Below, piece after piece: positions 28,590-39,752 of a DNA stretch of 64,000 nucleotides. This DNA is from Cyanophora paradoxa CCMP329. Lineage: Eukaryota > Plantae > Glaucophyta. The stretch's first letter is position 1, and each line of letters begins with the position of its first letter. Under the pieces are notes generated by a model, which did no database searches, was not told the DNA's origin, and was given only the letters and a program-made list of their open reading frames with translations. The stretch spans positions 6,109-70,108 of the forward strand of contig QPMI01000430.1 of assembly GCA_004431415.1 (NCBI GenBank). Direction: 5' to 3'. The position numbers and the translations under genes were made by a program.

Positions 28590-28778
28590 AAATTAATCGA
28601 AAATATTTAAAAAATAAATCAAAATGTTTAATAAAATCAATTAAATTTAAATAAATTCGATTAAATTAATTGGTATAATATCAATTAAATTATGATTTTA
28701 TGAAATTTATATAAATTTTTGATAAATTACGTATTTCTCAATTGATTCAATGATATAAACGCGATATAACACAGAGTT

Positions 28779-29190
28779 GCATTATGTCCAATTAAACAAT
28801 CGATGAGATTGCGGCATATTTTGTTGGAAGAGATGGTTACTGCATTATGTCCAATTAAACAATCGATGAAATATCGGATGAAAATAATTCACTCGTTACT
28901 GCATTATGTCCAATTAAACAATCGTTGAGATTGCGGCGTATTTTGTTGGAAGAGATGGTTACTGCATCAGGTCCAATTAAACAATCGATGAGATTCGGGT
29001 AAGCTTTTTACTGTATCGAAAATGACCCCAGAGTTGCATTATGTCCAATTAAACAATTGATAAGATTGGATTCTGTTTTTTACTGTAAAAACATTGTATC
29101 TTAGGTGTATCAATCTCAATTGAATTAATCGATGTAATTTTGTTGGAAGAGATGGTTACAGCATTATGTCCAATTAAACAATCGATGAGA
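28779..29190 (+). repeat. Array of ~30-bp direct repeats in the TIR (iteron-like)
   Basis: gcattatgtccaattaaacaatcgatgaga at 28779, 28842, 28901, 28964, 29036 and 29161, plus a degenerate copy near 29107; mirrored in the right TIR. Confidence 0.9.
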
Positions 29191-29491
29191 TTTCGCTGAG
29201 ATGAAAACGGTTAGGCACTTTTTTATCGTGATCGGCGGATATCATTTAGATATAAAACGGGCTACTGAAATGGAGCGGGTTAATCGAAGTAGGCACTTTT
29301 TTTAATCGCGGTAGGCAGCGTAGGCGCGTTAGGCACTTCCTTATCGAGAATTAAAAAGAAGTCCCAAATACATCAACTTGTGTTTTTCAAAACGTTGATT
29401 TTATTTTTTATAGAGAGTTTCCAGAAAAGGTGCCTAAGTGCCTAACGTCAATTAAAAGTGCCTAACTTCAATTAAAAGTGCCTAACTTCAA

Positions 29492-29896
29492 TTAAAAGAT
29501 CCCTGAAAAGATCTCTGTTATTCTCTCATCTATGTTAACCAACCCTGAAAAGATCTCTGTTATTCTCTCATCTATCAATTTAGATATTACGGAGGTCTTA
29601 CTTTGCGCTTCGGTTCCGCAAGTGAATACATCAATCGCTAACATTCCTTGATCAGAGTAGCAATGAGCGGTGCAATGGCTCTCATCGAGAAGTAATACCA
29701 TCGCAAAACCCGGTGGCGAAACACCACCATCGAAAATCTCGCAATGCTTGTGAACAACTCGGATACCTTGTTCTTGAATAATAGTTTGTAAAAATTGCAT
29801 TAACCATGTTGTTGTGGTTTCCAAGTTCTCCAATCCCACCATCAATGGATGATTGAACTTGTAATCTAACATTACATGGGAACCGCGATGATTCAT
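29492..29896 (-). CDS. speD: S-adenosylmethionine decarboxylase proenzyme (pyruvoyl-dependent, small bacterial/archaeal class)
   Basis: G.H..LD N-terminus, LLLDESH autocleavage site, and H.Y...G..AIDVFTCG motif. The C-terminus is rearranged. Confidence 0.88.
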   Translation of the reverse strand: MNHRGSHVMLDYKFNHPLMVGLENLETTTTWLMQFLQTIIQEQGIRVVHKHCEIFDGGVSPPGFAMVLLLDESHCTAHCYSDQGMLAIDVFTCGTEAQSKTSVISKLIDERITEIFSGLVNIDERITEIFSGIF

Positions 29897-29936
29897 TTAT
29901 GAATTATATAGAAAAATAAAAAACGAAATTGGTAGG

Positions 29937-30092
29937 ATGCGAACCATCTTAGCGAAAGTATTTCCGTTTGAGTTGGTCGATATCATAATGCTCCATTATC
30001 ATAAGACATGTCCGAATTGCTTCGATACTTGCATTATTACAAGAAACAAGACTGGTAAAGTCTTAATTTCTTTATCCCGTCTCCATATGTAA
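29937..30092 (+). CDS. Small hypothetical protein (51 aa)
   Basis: ATG..TAA ORF MRTILAKVFPFELVDIIMLHYHKTCPNC.. filling the speD-methyltransferase gap. Confidence 0.4.
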   Translation: MRTILAKVFPFELVDIIMLHYHKTCPNCFDTCIITRNKTGKVLISLSRLHM

Positions 30093-30116
30093 TTTGTTTT
30101 TCTTTATCTATGGTAA

Positions 30117-30932
30117 ATGAAGACTCACTTTTACCATAAGTATGTCGGTAATAAATACAATGAAATGGATACAATCAATCCTTTTATCGATTTAGAAGGC
30201 ATAAATAAAATAATAGAACCATTTTGTGGTTCAGGTGCATTTAGTTTCTATCTTTGGGAAAAGCATAAAGAACGTTTTGATTACTTTATGAATGATAACG
30301 ACGAAACACATATACTTTTTTTGAATACAATGAAAGACCCTAACAGTAAAGTAAAACTTTTAGATAGTCTTCAACAGTTCGAAGCAGTAAGCAATATAGA
30401 AGAGCATAAAGAAGTTTATAAGAGTTTTCTACAACATGATCGTAAAGATGTAATGGATTACTTAGCCCATCATTTCTATCTTCTTAAAAACAGCGTTTTA
30501 AATGTTAAAACCCTCCGTGATTTCAAAAAACGGAACGTGAAGTTGAGTGCATATACAACTCTTAAAAAGAAGATACCTTACGATGATTTCCTACAAGATG
30601 TTAACTTATCTCTTGGGGATTATCTGGATATTGTGTTGAAATACAAAGATGATGAGGATGCATTCATATTTCTTGATCCTCCATACGTTAATAGCAATAA
30701 TGACTTTTACGAAAATGTAGAATCCGATTTGGAAAAATTCTTTTTGGATTTAGAAGATCTATTGAAGACCGCGAAATGCAAAGTTATGATGGTTGTTAAT
30801 GATGCTTTATTAATGAAATTGCTATTTAAACCCTTTATTCGACATACATATGGTAAAGTGTATGGTATATCAAAAAAGAAAAGGAAACATCTCATTATGA
30901 CTAACTACGAAATCAATCAAAATACAACATAA
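30117..30932 (+). CDS. DNA N6-adenine methyltransferase (Dam/D12-like)
   Basis: Y.G.K start, EPFCGSG AdoMet-binding motif, and FLDPPY catalytic motif. Confidence 0.92.
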   Translation: MKTHFYHKYVGNKYNEMDTINPFIDLEGINKIIEPFCGSGAFSFYLWEKHKERFDYFMNDNDETHILFLNTMKDPNSKVKLLDSLQQFEAVSNIEEHKEVYKSFLQHDRKDVMDYLAHHFYLLKNSVLNVKTLRDFKKRNVKLSAYTTLKKKIPYDDFLQDVNLSLGDYLDIVLKYKDDEDAFIFLDPPYVNSNNDFYENVESDLEKFFLDLEDLLKTAKCKVMMVVNDALLMKLLFKPFIRHTYGKVYGISKKKRKHLIMTNYEINQNTT

Positions 30933-31185
30933 TTGGCTTCTCTTCTATTACTATTCCCCATGTAGTTTTTTTTCTGTATGCATGTGAGTGTTTCTTAGAA
31001 CACTGTCGGCAACCTGACCCCTTAATGTGATTAAATCCGTAGGTTTGGAACGTCTTATTACATTGTAAACATCTAACGGATACCTTCTCTTGTGCTTTCT
31101 TATAGACAGTCTCACTGTAATCGAATTTAGCATCACCATGAATCATAATCGCAGATTCAATAAATCTTTTAGTTTTTTCATCCAT
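30913..31185 (-). CDS. Zn-ribbon protein (endonuclease-associated DNA-binding repeat)
   Basis: FI..A..IHG..FDYS...Y.....KV...C..C...F....NH..G.GC..C motif common in large DNA virus/phage endonucleases. Confidence 0.65.
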   Translation of the reverse strand: MDEKTKRFIESAIMIHGDAKFDYSETVYKKAQEKVSVRCLQCNKTFQTYGFNHIKGSGCRQCSKKHSHAYRKKTTWGIVIEEKPIMLYFD

Positions 31186-31208
31186 TCCTCTATATATACC
31201 TTAGAAAT

Positions 31209-32039
31209 CTATGGTGCAGTATCTGACCCAAAAATGGGAAAATATCGGTTTGTGCCGTAATACTCCGCATATGTATTCTGTTTTGCGATAGCATCGGTTC
31301 TTTCAGCATAGAGAATGCATTTGTAGATACCAAACCTGGTAGCTCTGACTAAAAACTGGTAATCTTCTAATCCAAAATTCACACCATGATATGCAATACC
31401 GAAATTATCGTAAGGAGTGATAACCACCGCAATATTGGGCGTTCCGCCTTCCACTTGACAGACAGCATAAACATCTGGTGGGATATCGACAACCACCTTG
31501 TAGTGGTCACCAATCTCAACAAGAGAATCAACTACTGATGTCTGCTCATTCACAACAATTGGGAAGATCTTGATAATATATGGTGCATTCATACTGGGGA
31601 CATAGGTGCGAATTCTGGTGTTGGGATCAATGGGATTGGGTTGATCATTTACGAAAAGAGGCGCACCAACAGCTCCACCAATCCGAAGACCATCACCAAT
31701 ATATGCTCCCCCCGTTTTGCAGTTAATAGCTCCCGACCGAGATTCAAAAGAATAAGTAGAAAGAGGATCACCATAACTGTCTGGGTCTCCATAGTGGGCA
31801 GAAAAGTTTGCATTTGTGACAAGGAGTTTCGTTGTCTTAACTATACCATTATTTTTATCACACCTGAGTTCTTGCAATCTCAGTTTGTGGGTGGAACCAA
31901 ATGTATTCATTGTGGGTTGCACTTCTGTGGATTGGAGACCTTCTACATCATCAAAGGTAGCATGCTGCAAAACGTGATTCGCAGGTGCTGCTAATGAGAG
32001 TTGGGGTGTAATAATTCGTTCTGGTATTGGGGCAGCCAT
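31209..32039 (-). CDS. Putative virion fibre/adaptor protein, paralogue B
   Basis: LRLQELRCDKNNGIVKTTKLLVTNANF N-terminal domain shared with 32607-33461 and 3333-4328. Confidence 0.6.
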   Translation of the reverse strand: MAAPIPERIITPQLSLAAPANHVLQHATFDDVEGLQSTEVQPTMNTFGSTHKLRLQELRCDKNNGIVKTTKLLVTNANFSAHYGDPDSYGDPLSTYSFESRSGAINCKTGGAYIGDGLRIGGAVGAPLFVNDQPNPIDPNTRIRTYVPSMNAPYIIKIFPIVVNEQTSVVDSLVEIGDHYKVVVDIPPDVYAVCQVEGGTPNIAVVITPYDNFGIAYHGVNFGLEDYQFLVRATRFGIYKCILYAERTDAIAKQNTYAEYYGTNRYFPIFGSDTAP

Positions 32040-32062
32040 TTTACATTAAAGTGATATATAAT

Positions 32063-32557
32063 TTATGGGGTTGGGTTATCAATCACATTCAAATATGCAA
32101 ACTCTCCTTTAATTTCGATTGCCCGGGCATTGTATGCTCTTGCAGCGTCTTCTTCTTTTTCAAAGTAGCCAATTATAATTTGTTTATAGTTGTGTCTGAT
32201 TTTTGCAAGCCATTTCTTCATTCCTTTACTCCAAGAGACACCTTTGTATTTACTGGTGGATTCTTTTGTAGTTTTGGGTTTGTTCATCTGATTCTGTGCA
32301 TGTGTGCATCTCCGAAGATTGGTTTTTCTATTGTCCAACTTGTCGTGATTGATATGATCAATCTGAATCTTAGGGTCAATTTCAGACATTGCATATCTGT
32401 GCGCCCTGGTGAGTGTTTGACCAATTCTGCAATTTACATAACCTCTCGTATCAATTGACCAAGTATACCTCTCAAACCGTTCTTTATCTTCATAATCAAT
32501 TTTCATAAACTTCCCATGACCTTTTTTTCCTGAGAGAGCGATTAAAGCATAATCCAT
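32063..32557 (-). CDS. HNH endonuclease with C-terminal AP2 domain (free-standing homing endonuclease)
   Basis: IDHINHDKLDNRKTNLR HNH motif and SKYKGV..W.A.I......GYF..EEDAARAYN AP2 motif. Confidence 0.92.
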   Translation of the reverse strand: MDYALIALSGKKGHGKFMKIDYEDKERFERYTWSIDTRGYVNCRIGQTLTRAHRYAMSEIDPKIQIDHINHDKLDNRKTNLRRCTHAQNQMNKPKTTKESTSKYKGVSWSKGMKKWLAKIRHNYKQIIIGYFEKEEDAARAYNARAIEIKGEFAYLNVIDNPTP

Positions 32558-32606
32558 GATGGTGAATTCTTATACGTTTTACCAAGCTATTTTTTATATC
32601 ATTTTT

Positions 32607-33461
32607 TTATGGGGTGGGGTCATCGATTATATCTGGTTCCGAATAAAACCCTGTTGTGAAGATATCTGCAACGTTTACCCCTCGAAGTGCCGAAACAGCT
32701 GCTATATCTGTCCTCAGTCCCATAATCATAGTATTGTAAACTCCAACCTCAGTTACAAACAAATCATAGGTAAATGTCAAATTGTTATAAACACAATATC
32801 CTCGACCGAAATGGTTTGATGCTTGAACAAAGAATAGGTAATTATGACCTGTTTGATTGTTGTTTGCTCTGCACATAGATAGCATTGCTGTGGGAAGCGG
32901 AATATTTCTTCTTACTCGATCAGTTCCTGTTATAATAACCAATTCCGAATTTTCAAGAGTGACAGAGGAAGCAACATAGAAATGTAGAAAAGGTTGCTGT
33001 GCAACTGGTGTATAGAAACGTATTCGTTGGGGATTCTCTACATTTTGTTCAAGAGTATCTGGGACATCATTATACGAAATTGAGGATGAAAGTTGACCTG
33101 AAATTCGACAGCCACCCCCAATAAATGCTCCTCCTGATCTCACAGTAACAGCAGCAGAATTCTTATCGAAATCAAGGGCTTTCAGATCAACACTGTAAGC
33201 ATCAGGACCTCCATTGGTAGGCTGGAAAAAGTTAGCATTTGTGACAAGAAGTCGAGTTGTTTTAACCACACCAGAATTCTTATCAGCTCTCAGCTCTTTA
33301 ACTCGAATAATCGAATTTTTATCAAAGGAGTTCCCATTGGAGTTGGGTCTCTCTGTGGATTCTAAACCACGAACCTCATCATTTACTTCATGCTGGCGAA
33401 AGTGCATAGCAGGGGATCCAAGGGAATATATTGGAAGTTGAACTCGATTATATTCACCCAT
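32607..33461 (-). CDS. Putative virion fibre/adaptor protein, paralogue A
   Basis: RVKELRADKNSGVVKTTRLLVTNANF; similar along its length to 31209-32039. Likely start at ATG 33461. Confidence 0.6.
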   Translation of the reverse strand: MGEYNRVQLPIYSLGSPAMHFRQHEVNDEVRGLESTERPNSNGNSFDKNSIIRVKELRADKNSGVVKTTRLLVTNANFFQPTNGGPDAYSVDLKALDFDKNSAAVTVRSGGAFIGGGCRISGQLSSSISYNDVPDTLEQNVENPQRIRFYTPVAQQPFLHFYVASSVTLENSELVIITGTDRVRRNIPLPTAMLSMCRANNNQTGHNYLFFVQASNHFGRGYCVYNNLTFTYDLFVTEVGVYNTMIMGLRTDIAAVSALRGVNVADIFTTGFYSEPDIIDDPTP

Positions 33462-33500
33462 TGCTTCTTTTACTAAGAAGGAAAGAAAAATAAACACCAT

Positions 33501-33809
33501 TCAAGCCAAAGCAATTAGATTGGATCCAAGAGATTGGTAAGCGGTTGTTAGACATTGGATGTTGGATGTCATCGCTTTGAGGTTAGAATCACATTCACCA
33601 TATTTTGTTACTGGGTCACCATAAGCCGATTGCGCGAGGACATTAACCAAGAGGTTTTTATATTCATGAACAACTGGGGACAGTTTGTTAGTTTGCTGAA
33701 TTGTTTTTTCGACGTTTTGTAGCGCGGCTACAAGTTTAATAGTATCGAATGCAAGAGCGACAGGCTCAGTAGTAGTGGAAGGAGATCCACCAAGTGGATA
33801 GGTCGCCAT
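33501..33809 (-). CDS. Hypothetical helical protein (102 aa)
   Basis: ATG-start ORF packed between fibre genes. Confidence 0.55.
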   Translation of the reverse strand: MATYPLGGSPSTTTEPVALAFDTIKLVAALQNVEKTIQQTNKLSPVVHEYKNLLVNVLAQSAYGDPVTKYGECDSNLKAMTSNIQCLTTAYQSLGSNLIALA

Positions 33810-33812
33810 TTA

Positions 33813-36800
33813 CTATACTGTGACATTTTTAATTTGGTCTATTTGACTTTGGAGATTTTCACATGTTTGTGTTAAATCTTTGCATTTCTTAGATAACTCT
33901 TTAACGGCTTCTATGAGAACTGGAATTAAACCCGTGTATTCGAGAGAAAGGTAACCATCTTCTTTTGTGACACTTACAATTTCTGGTATTACCTTTTCTA
34001 CATCTTGCGCAATTAAACCTAATTTTGTTCCGTCTTTTTCACTCCCAATTCGTTTAAAACTCACTCCTTCTAATTTTTCGATTGCTGAAAGAGCGCCGGT
34101 TATCTTTTTAATATCTGTTTTGTATCTTCTGTCACTTCCTTGTGTTAAATAATTGTTTATCCACATCCGCCCGTCATGATCGATCCAACAAATATCAGAA
34201 TCTAATTCATTTCGAAATCTTATTGGATAAGTTCCTCTTCCTTTCAAATATGTAGAACCATTGTTACCGAAATGAATTCGATTATATCCATCACTGGAAT
34301 TAAACCAAGTCTCCACAGCTCCTGTTAAGATATTTGGTTTACTATAAACATTATTCCAATGAATATAGCCGGTGTGACCACCATAGCTATGCCCAACCCA
34401 TATTTTCATATAACTTATACCCATAATATGAACTCTTCCTATCTTTGGTCTAATCCGAATAGTGAGGAATCGATTACCAAGATGTATTGGAACATTATTT
34501 ATACCACTGTGGTTACCATCAGGCGATGTGGCGTATGGTTGATAACTATTCACTGATGTAATAAAAACTTCATTCCCTTGTCTATTAACTCCCCAAATTT
34601 CAAAAAGTCGTGAGTTAGTCCAAGGTAAATAGGTTAAAAATGCTGTTCCTGTGTGGTATCCATCGGGTATATCGAAGTCAATCCAAGCGGTAGAAGTTTG
34701 GTCATCAGATTGATTATTATGGACATATGAACCATAATTATAATGTGGATCCCATGCTGAACTCCACGCCCATGTCCAACCCTCAGAACATCTATTAAAT
34801 GCAATGCCTCCTACTGTTTTATCTGCTGTGTGAAACTTTGGGACATCATTACCGTTTATTTGGAGTTTGGTAGTAGCATTAATAGTAGGTGCTGTAATAG
34901 TATTATTCACCCAAAAGTTACCATTGTTATAAGATTTTAAAATGGCTGTATCTGCTGAGTTTCTGAATTCAATTGACACAGCATCACCATTTGGTCTCCC
35001 TCGTATATATGTGCAATCGCCATTACCAAACCAAATTCGCTCGACTGCATCTACTGATTTTAACCATGTATTTGTTGGCCATGTTGCGGTTTGTGGAAGG
35101 TCTGCGGCTGAGTAAAATGATGGTTTACTAAATACATTATCCCAAGAGATCATGCCCAATTCATTATCTGTTGCTCTCTGTCTACTCCAACCGAAAACAC
35201 CCGTTAGATGAATGCGACCTTTTCGACCTTGAACATAAATATATTTGTAAAACTCACAATTGATTGAGGCAAACAAAATACAATTGTGTGTTCCATCTTG
35301 ATTAACTTCCTGAATTACTTGATAAGCATTTACACGCTTTAAGAAATGTTGATATCCATTAACAGTTTGCCCGTAGATATCGAAATATCTACAATTACCC
35401 CAAGGCATGTGCTGAATATAAAACGATTTCATACCTGTCGGAACAACCCACCTCATCCAACATCCGCTACAATCATCATCATTTTGTGGTGTTGTATAAC
35501 ATCCTGTTTGTCCGGTTCTTGGTGTCCATCCTGTAACAGTCCAATTATTTGCGCTTCTATCTGATGAAACCACATCTAATTGGTCGAAATCGTAACCTTT
35601 TGGTATTGTGGTTCCGCCAATTTGTAAAGTGGTAGCATTCACAGTTCCTGTTACAGTTCCACCTGTTAGAGGTAGATAATTAGCAAGTGCCGCCGTTAAA
35701 TCGGTATCTGTAACAAAATCTGTAACAGCTAACTGTAATTCTGTATTTGTAACATAATCTTTGTTTTCTAAGTAATCATCTGTAACAACACCGGAAAGGG
35801 TTGTATTGTGTAAGTTTTTCGCCGCCATTCTCTGATTGACTTCTAAGGCGCCACCTGATAACGTTTTTATCCACGCCATCTCACATTTTCCGTGATCATC
35901 TGTGGGTTGTCCCACAACAGGAAGGTAGTTTACAACTTTCTCCCTTGTGAAAACTATCTTAGGTCTTGCTCCATCATATGCGCTTTGATCTGTTACATTT
36001 ACTTGTATCGCTGCTGAAAAATCCGCTACTTGTCCTGTTTCACCCGGGTGATAATTCGTGACATAGATACTGGGGAAAGTATCATTAATTCCTACATTAA
36101 AATCGCCACTATACACTCCATTTACGATTGGATCCCTGGGTAATCTTACTGCAAGAGTTCCCACCATCGGTGTGCCGTCTTGACCTGTAAATGAACCATT
36201 GAGACTAACATAATGATCATTCAAAAATAGCCTTTCAGGTGTATTACTCGATTGGTAAAGTGTGACTCCATTAAAAACGTTTCCGATTGCATTCAATTGG
36301 GCAAAAACTGGCTGTTCGTCTATTTCGTCCCAATTGTGCCTATGTGCAAAATCTGTGATTTGCGCTTTTGTGTGAGTATGGTCAAAATCTGTGATTTGCG
36401 CTTTTGTGTGAGTATGGTCAAAATCTGTGATTTGCGCTTTTGTGTGAGTATGGTCAAAATCTGTGATTTGCGCTTTTGTGTGAGTATGGTCAAAATCTGT
36501 GATTTGCGCTTTTGTGTGAGTATGGTCAAAATCTGTGATTTGCGCTTTTGTGTGAGTATGGTCAAAATCTGTTATTTGCGCTTTTGTGTGAGTATGGGCA
36601 AAATCTGTGATCTGATCTTTGGTGTGTGTGTGGTTTTGTATCCAACCTTGAACCACATTAGAGGTTGGATGATGAGGTAAATTTGCATTGCTTATAACTG
36701 TAAGGTAATCTATTACAGTATCAGGTGAGGTTATTTTTAATCCTCTGTAAATATTCAGAGTCTGGGTATGAGTGAATCCATATTTTTGTTGAATGTAATA

Positions 36801-39703
36801 CCTCACAGCATTCTTTTCAGAAGTTGTCAAAGCCCTATTGAAAACAATCAACTCGGAAATACCACCATTCACAATATTACCAAATCCGAAATGATTGACA
36901 GTATTATCTGGTAGATAATTCGTTCCTACAAGTGTTTGAATATCTACTCCATTTAACCCGACTGTGTAGCTGTTTGGAGTAATTGTTTGGTCAGTGTAAT
37001 ACCATGTATTTATTAAAGAAGGAACCGTAATAACTGGGCGGGTTTGGGATACTCCATTAATAGTAAACTGGTTCATTCCAATAGCAGTAGAAGATGTTGC
37101 CCCATAATAACAATATCGTGATGGAGAGGCGCTTCTGTAAAGTCTCAAATGAACTTGCATAGAAGAGGTAGTTGGATGATATTTTCCCACAAAGAAAAAT
37201 GTAAGCCCATTTGAGAAATCAATAGTCCTTGTAGCAGAGGTATATGCATAAAAAGTGCCTGTTGGGTTTGAAACACTAACTTGGTTGTTGATTTCGGGAT
37301 TGGTGTAATAGGAACTGACTCCGGAGATAAACAAGTCTGGAACAACTGAATTTGGGACTCTACTTATTATAGTTGTATACGTTGCTGATTGACCTGGTTC
37401 TCCTGATGCCTTCCAAGCAAAAATGCAGTTCGAGATATTTAATGCTGGATCAAAGCTTGCTGGAACATCATACCATTCTCTGTAAACTTGATTCATGGTA
37501 TTAAAATTGCCTGAACCAACTGTAAGAATTCCATTCACTTTTAGGTTGCTGGTCTCTATGTTGCTACTGTAAATATTACTATTAACCGTAAGATCTCCTG
37601 TGATCGTCCACCAACAAGCGGAAGATATTTAGATAATTCCGCGGCAAATTCAGGTTTTGTTACATAATTTCCAAGCATAGCAAGAGTAACGAAATTAACG
37701 AGAATTACAGCCGTTAGGTAATCTTCTGTTACCACTCTCGAAATATCTTCATTGTGTATATTTTTTGCAGCCATTCTTTGATTGGCTTCGAGAACCCCAC
37801 CATAATCTGTTTTAATCCATGCAAGCTCTGCCCTTCCATAATTATCATTTGCAGTTCCCACTATGGGAATGTAGGAATACTTATCTCTGCTGAATACTAT
37901 CATTGGTCTTGAACCATCTAAGCTGCTTACATCTGCTACATGAACCTGTATAGCAGAGTTGTAATTTTGGTAGGTTGCTGGGTCTGTTGGGACTCTGAAT
38001 GTATCTGTGGGAATGTCAGCCTCCATGTAGCTTGACACAAAGATATTTGGTATGGTTGCTCCTGGTTCAGGTGGTGGATTATAAGAGCCTGGTAATGTCC
38101 TAATATGAAGTGGTCCTCTCATAGCTGAATTCGCAAGTGTCCCATTCACATGAACATAGTGTTCATTCAAAAAGATCCTTTCAGGGACATTGCAAGTCTG
38201 GTAAAGAGAAACTCCCAGAGTAGCAAGAGGCTCTACTTTTGCGAATTCTGGTTGGTCATTGATCTCATCCCAGGTGTGTTCATGGTTGCTTGCTGCAAAC
38301 TTATCTGGTATCCCATCCAGATCACCCCAATCATGCCTGTGATCCTCTGGTGGGAATTTCTCTGGTTTACCTAAGATCTCATCCCAGTCATGGTTGTGAT
38401 CCTCTGGTGGAAATCTTGCTGGTTTGTTATTGATCTGCTCCCAATCTGGGAAGAACTCCCAAATCTCTGGGCGAAATCCATCTGGTAATAATTCTTCATG
38501 GGGTTCATATGGTTGCTCATAATCAACAACTGGTGGTTCGAGACCATCTGCTAAATATTCCTCATGGGGTTCATAATTCTGCTCATATTCATACTCTTGT
38601 GGATCTAAACCATCTGGTAAATACTCTTCCTCATTGGGATCATATTGATCATATTCATACTCTTGTGGGTCGAAACCATCAGGTAGGTATTCCTCCTCAT
38701 CTGGAACGAATTGGTATTCGTCAAGCTCCAAAATATCAATTTCAGGAGGTAAATATTGCTCATCAATTTGCTTTCTTGGTTCAATTATAGGTTTATTTCG
38801 AACTTGCTCCCAACTCACAATGTGTTGACCAAAAGGAACTGTCTCATCTGCTGTGTATTCTCTTCCGGGTTGTTTTTTTGGTGTAAGATCTGGTGGATCC
38901 CATGGTAACGGAAATGGAACTGGAACAGGTCCGTAATGTTCAAATATTTCTCTTATCGTTTTCTCACTAACAAGTTTCTCGCCATTTGCATACACGTTGC
39001 TACCGTGAATATTTCGCCACTGTCGGGTTCTAATACCAAGATCTTTTGTGTTTGAAAACAAAGGTAGTAAATGTCGATCCATTTCGACAAGATCGGGATG
39101 TAGATGAATCGCTACTGGTTGAGTGGGACTACTATTAATGGTTATTGATGGTTTTTGTTGGTGAACGTCTTTCGGAGTAAAAAACCCAAAAGGTTCATTT
39201 TTCGCAAAATCATAAGTAATGTCTTTTGGGTATACATTATTTGTGATACATACTTGATTCGCATTAGGAAAACTACCTACTTGTAAGATTTGTGATGACT
39301 CGACGATTGGTGTGCTACCTTCATTATAAATTCTTAGACCTGTATTCTGTTTACCTTTCTCATCTTGAACATTAAACACTAATCGCCCACTATCGAAACG
39401 CGTCGGAATATCGGGATGGGTTTTACTTGTTTTAAGTTTCCGTTGTCTTCTTGTTGCTTTAATTTCGGCAACTTCGTTTTTTTTAACGTCTCCCAAACTG
39501 AAAGCAATACTTACATCTTCTCTGTTTGGGTCTGTTTGATTCAGCGATAAAGCATGCTCTCTGGATTGCGTCTTACTGGGTTTATCTGCGCTCTGATCAA
39601 TAGAAGCCGACCCTTTGATGGTGATATTATCGAAATTCACATGTTTCGGGTTTGTTTTACCACCACTTATTGTTTGTAAATTTGCTGGATAATTGAAACT
39701 CAT
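33813..39703 (-). CDS. Giant fibre protein (~1960 aa) with C-terminal peptidase S74 intramolecular chaperone; split by a 1-nt frameshift at ~37607
   Basis: Restoring one base gives YLPLVGG-TITGDLTVN.., matching the internal repeat YLPLTGGTVTG. Also has HxH fibre repeats, a LamG-like domain (ISELIVFNRALT), and SDRRYKTDI..GLIAQDVEKVIPEIV..LIEAVKEL. Confidence 0.82.
36340..36635 (-). repeat. 36-bp coding tandem repeat (HTHTKAQITDFD, ~8 copies)
   Basis: aaaatctgtgatttgcgcttttgtgtgagtatggtc repeated almost perfectly. Confidence 0.95.
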
Positions 39704-39752
39704 CCCTGCATGCTCTACATATAGAGATTTATTAAATTTCGATAAAGTAAAG

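Larger units (their letters stand above)
28505..29604 (+). repeat. Left terminal inverted repeat
   Basis: Reverse complement of 56300-57672 apart from two indel blocks. Confidence 0.93.

Noticed and set aside
28779-29190. CRISPR-like repeat-spacer array in the TIR
   Set aside because: Spacers repeat each other and vary in length, there are no cas genes, and the array is part of a viral TIR in a eukaryotic genome.
36340-36635. Diversity-generating retroelement template/variable repeat
   Set aside because: No reverse transcriptase is present, and the repeats are tandem and nearly identical, without adenine-specific variation.
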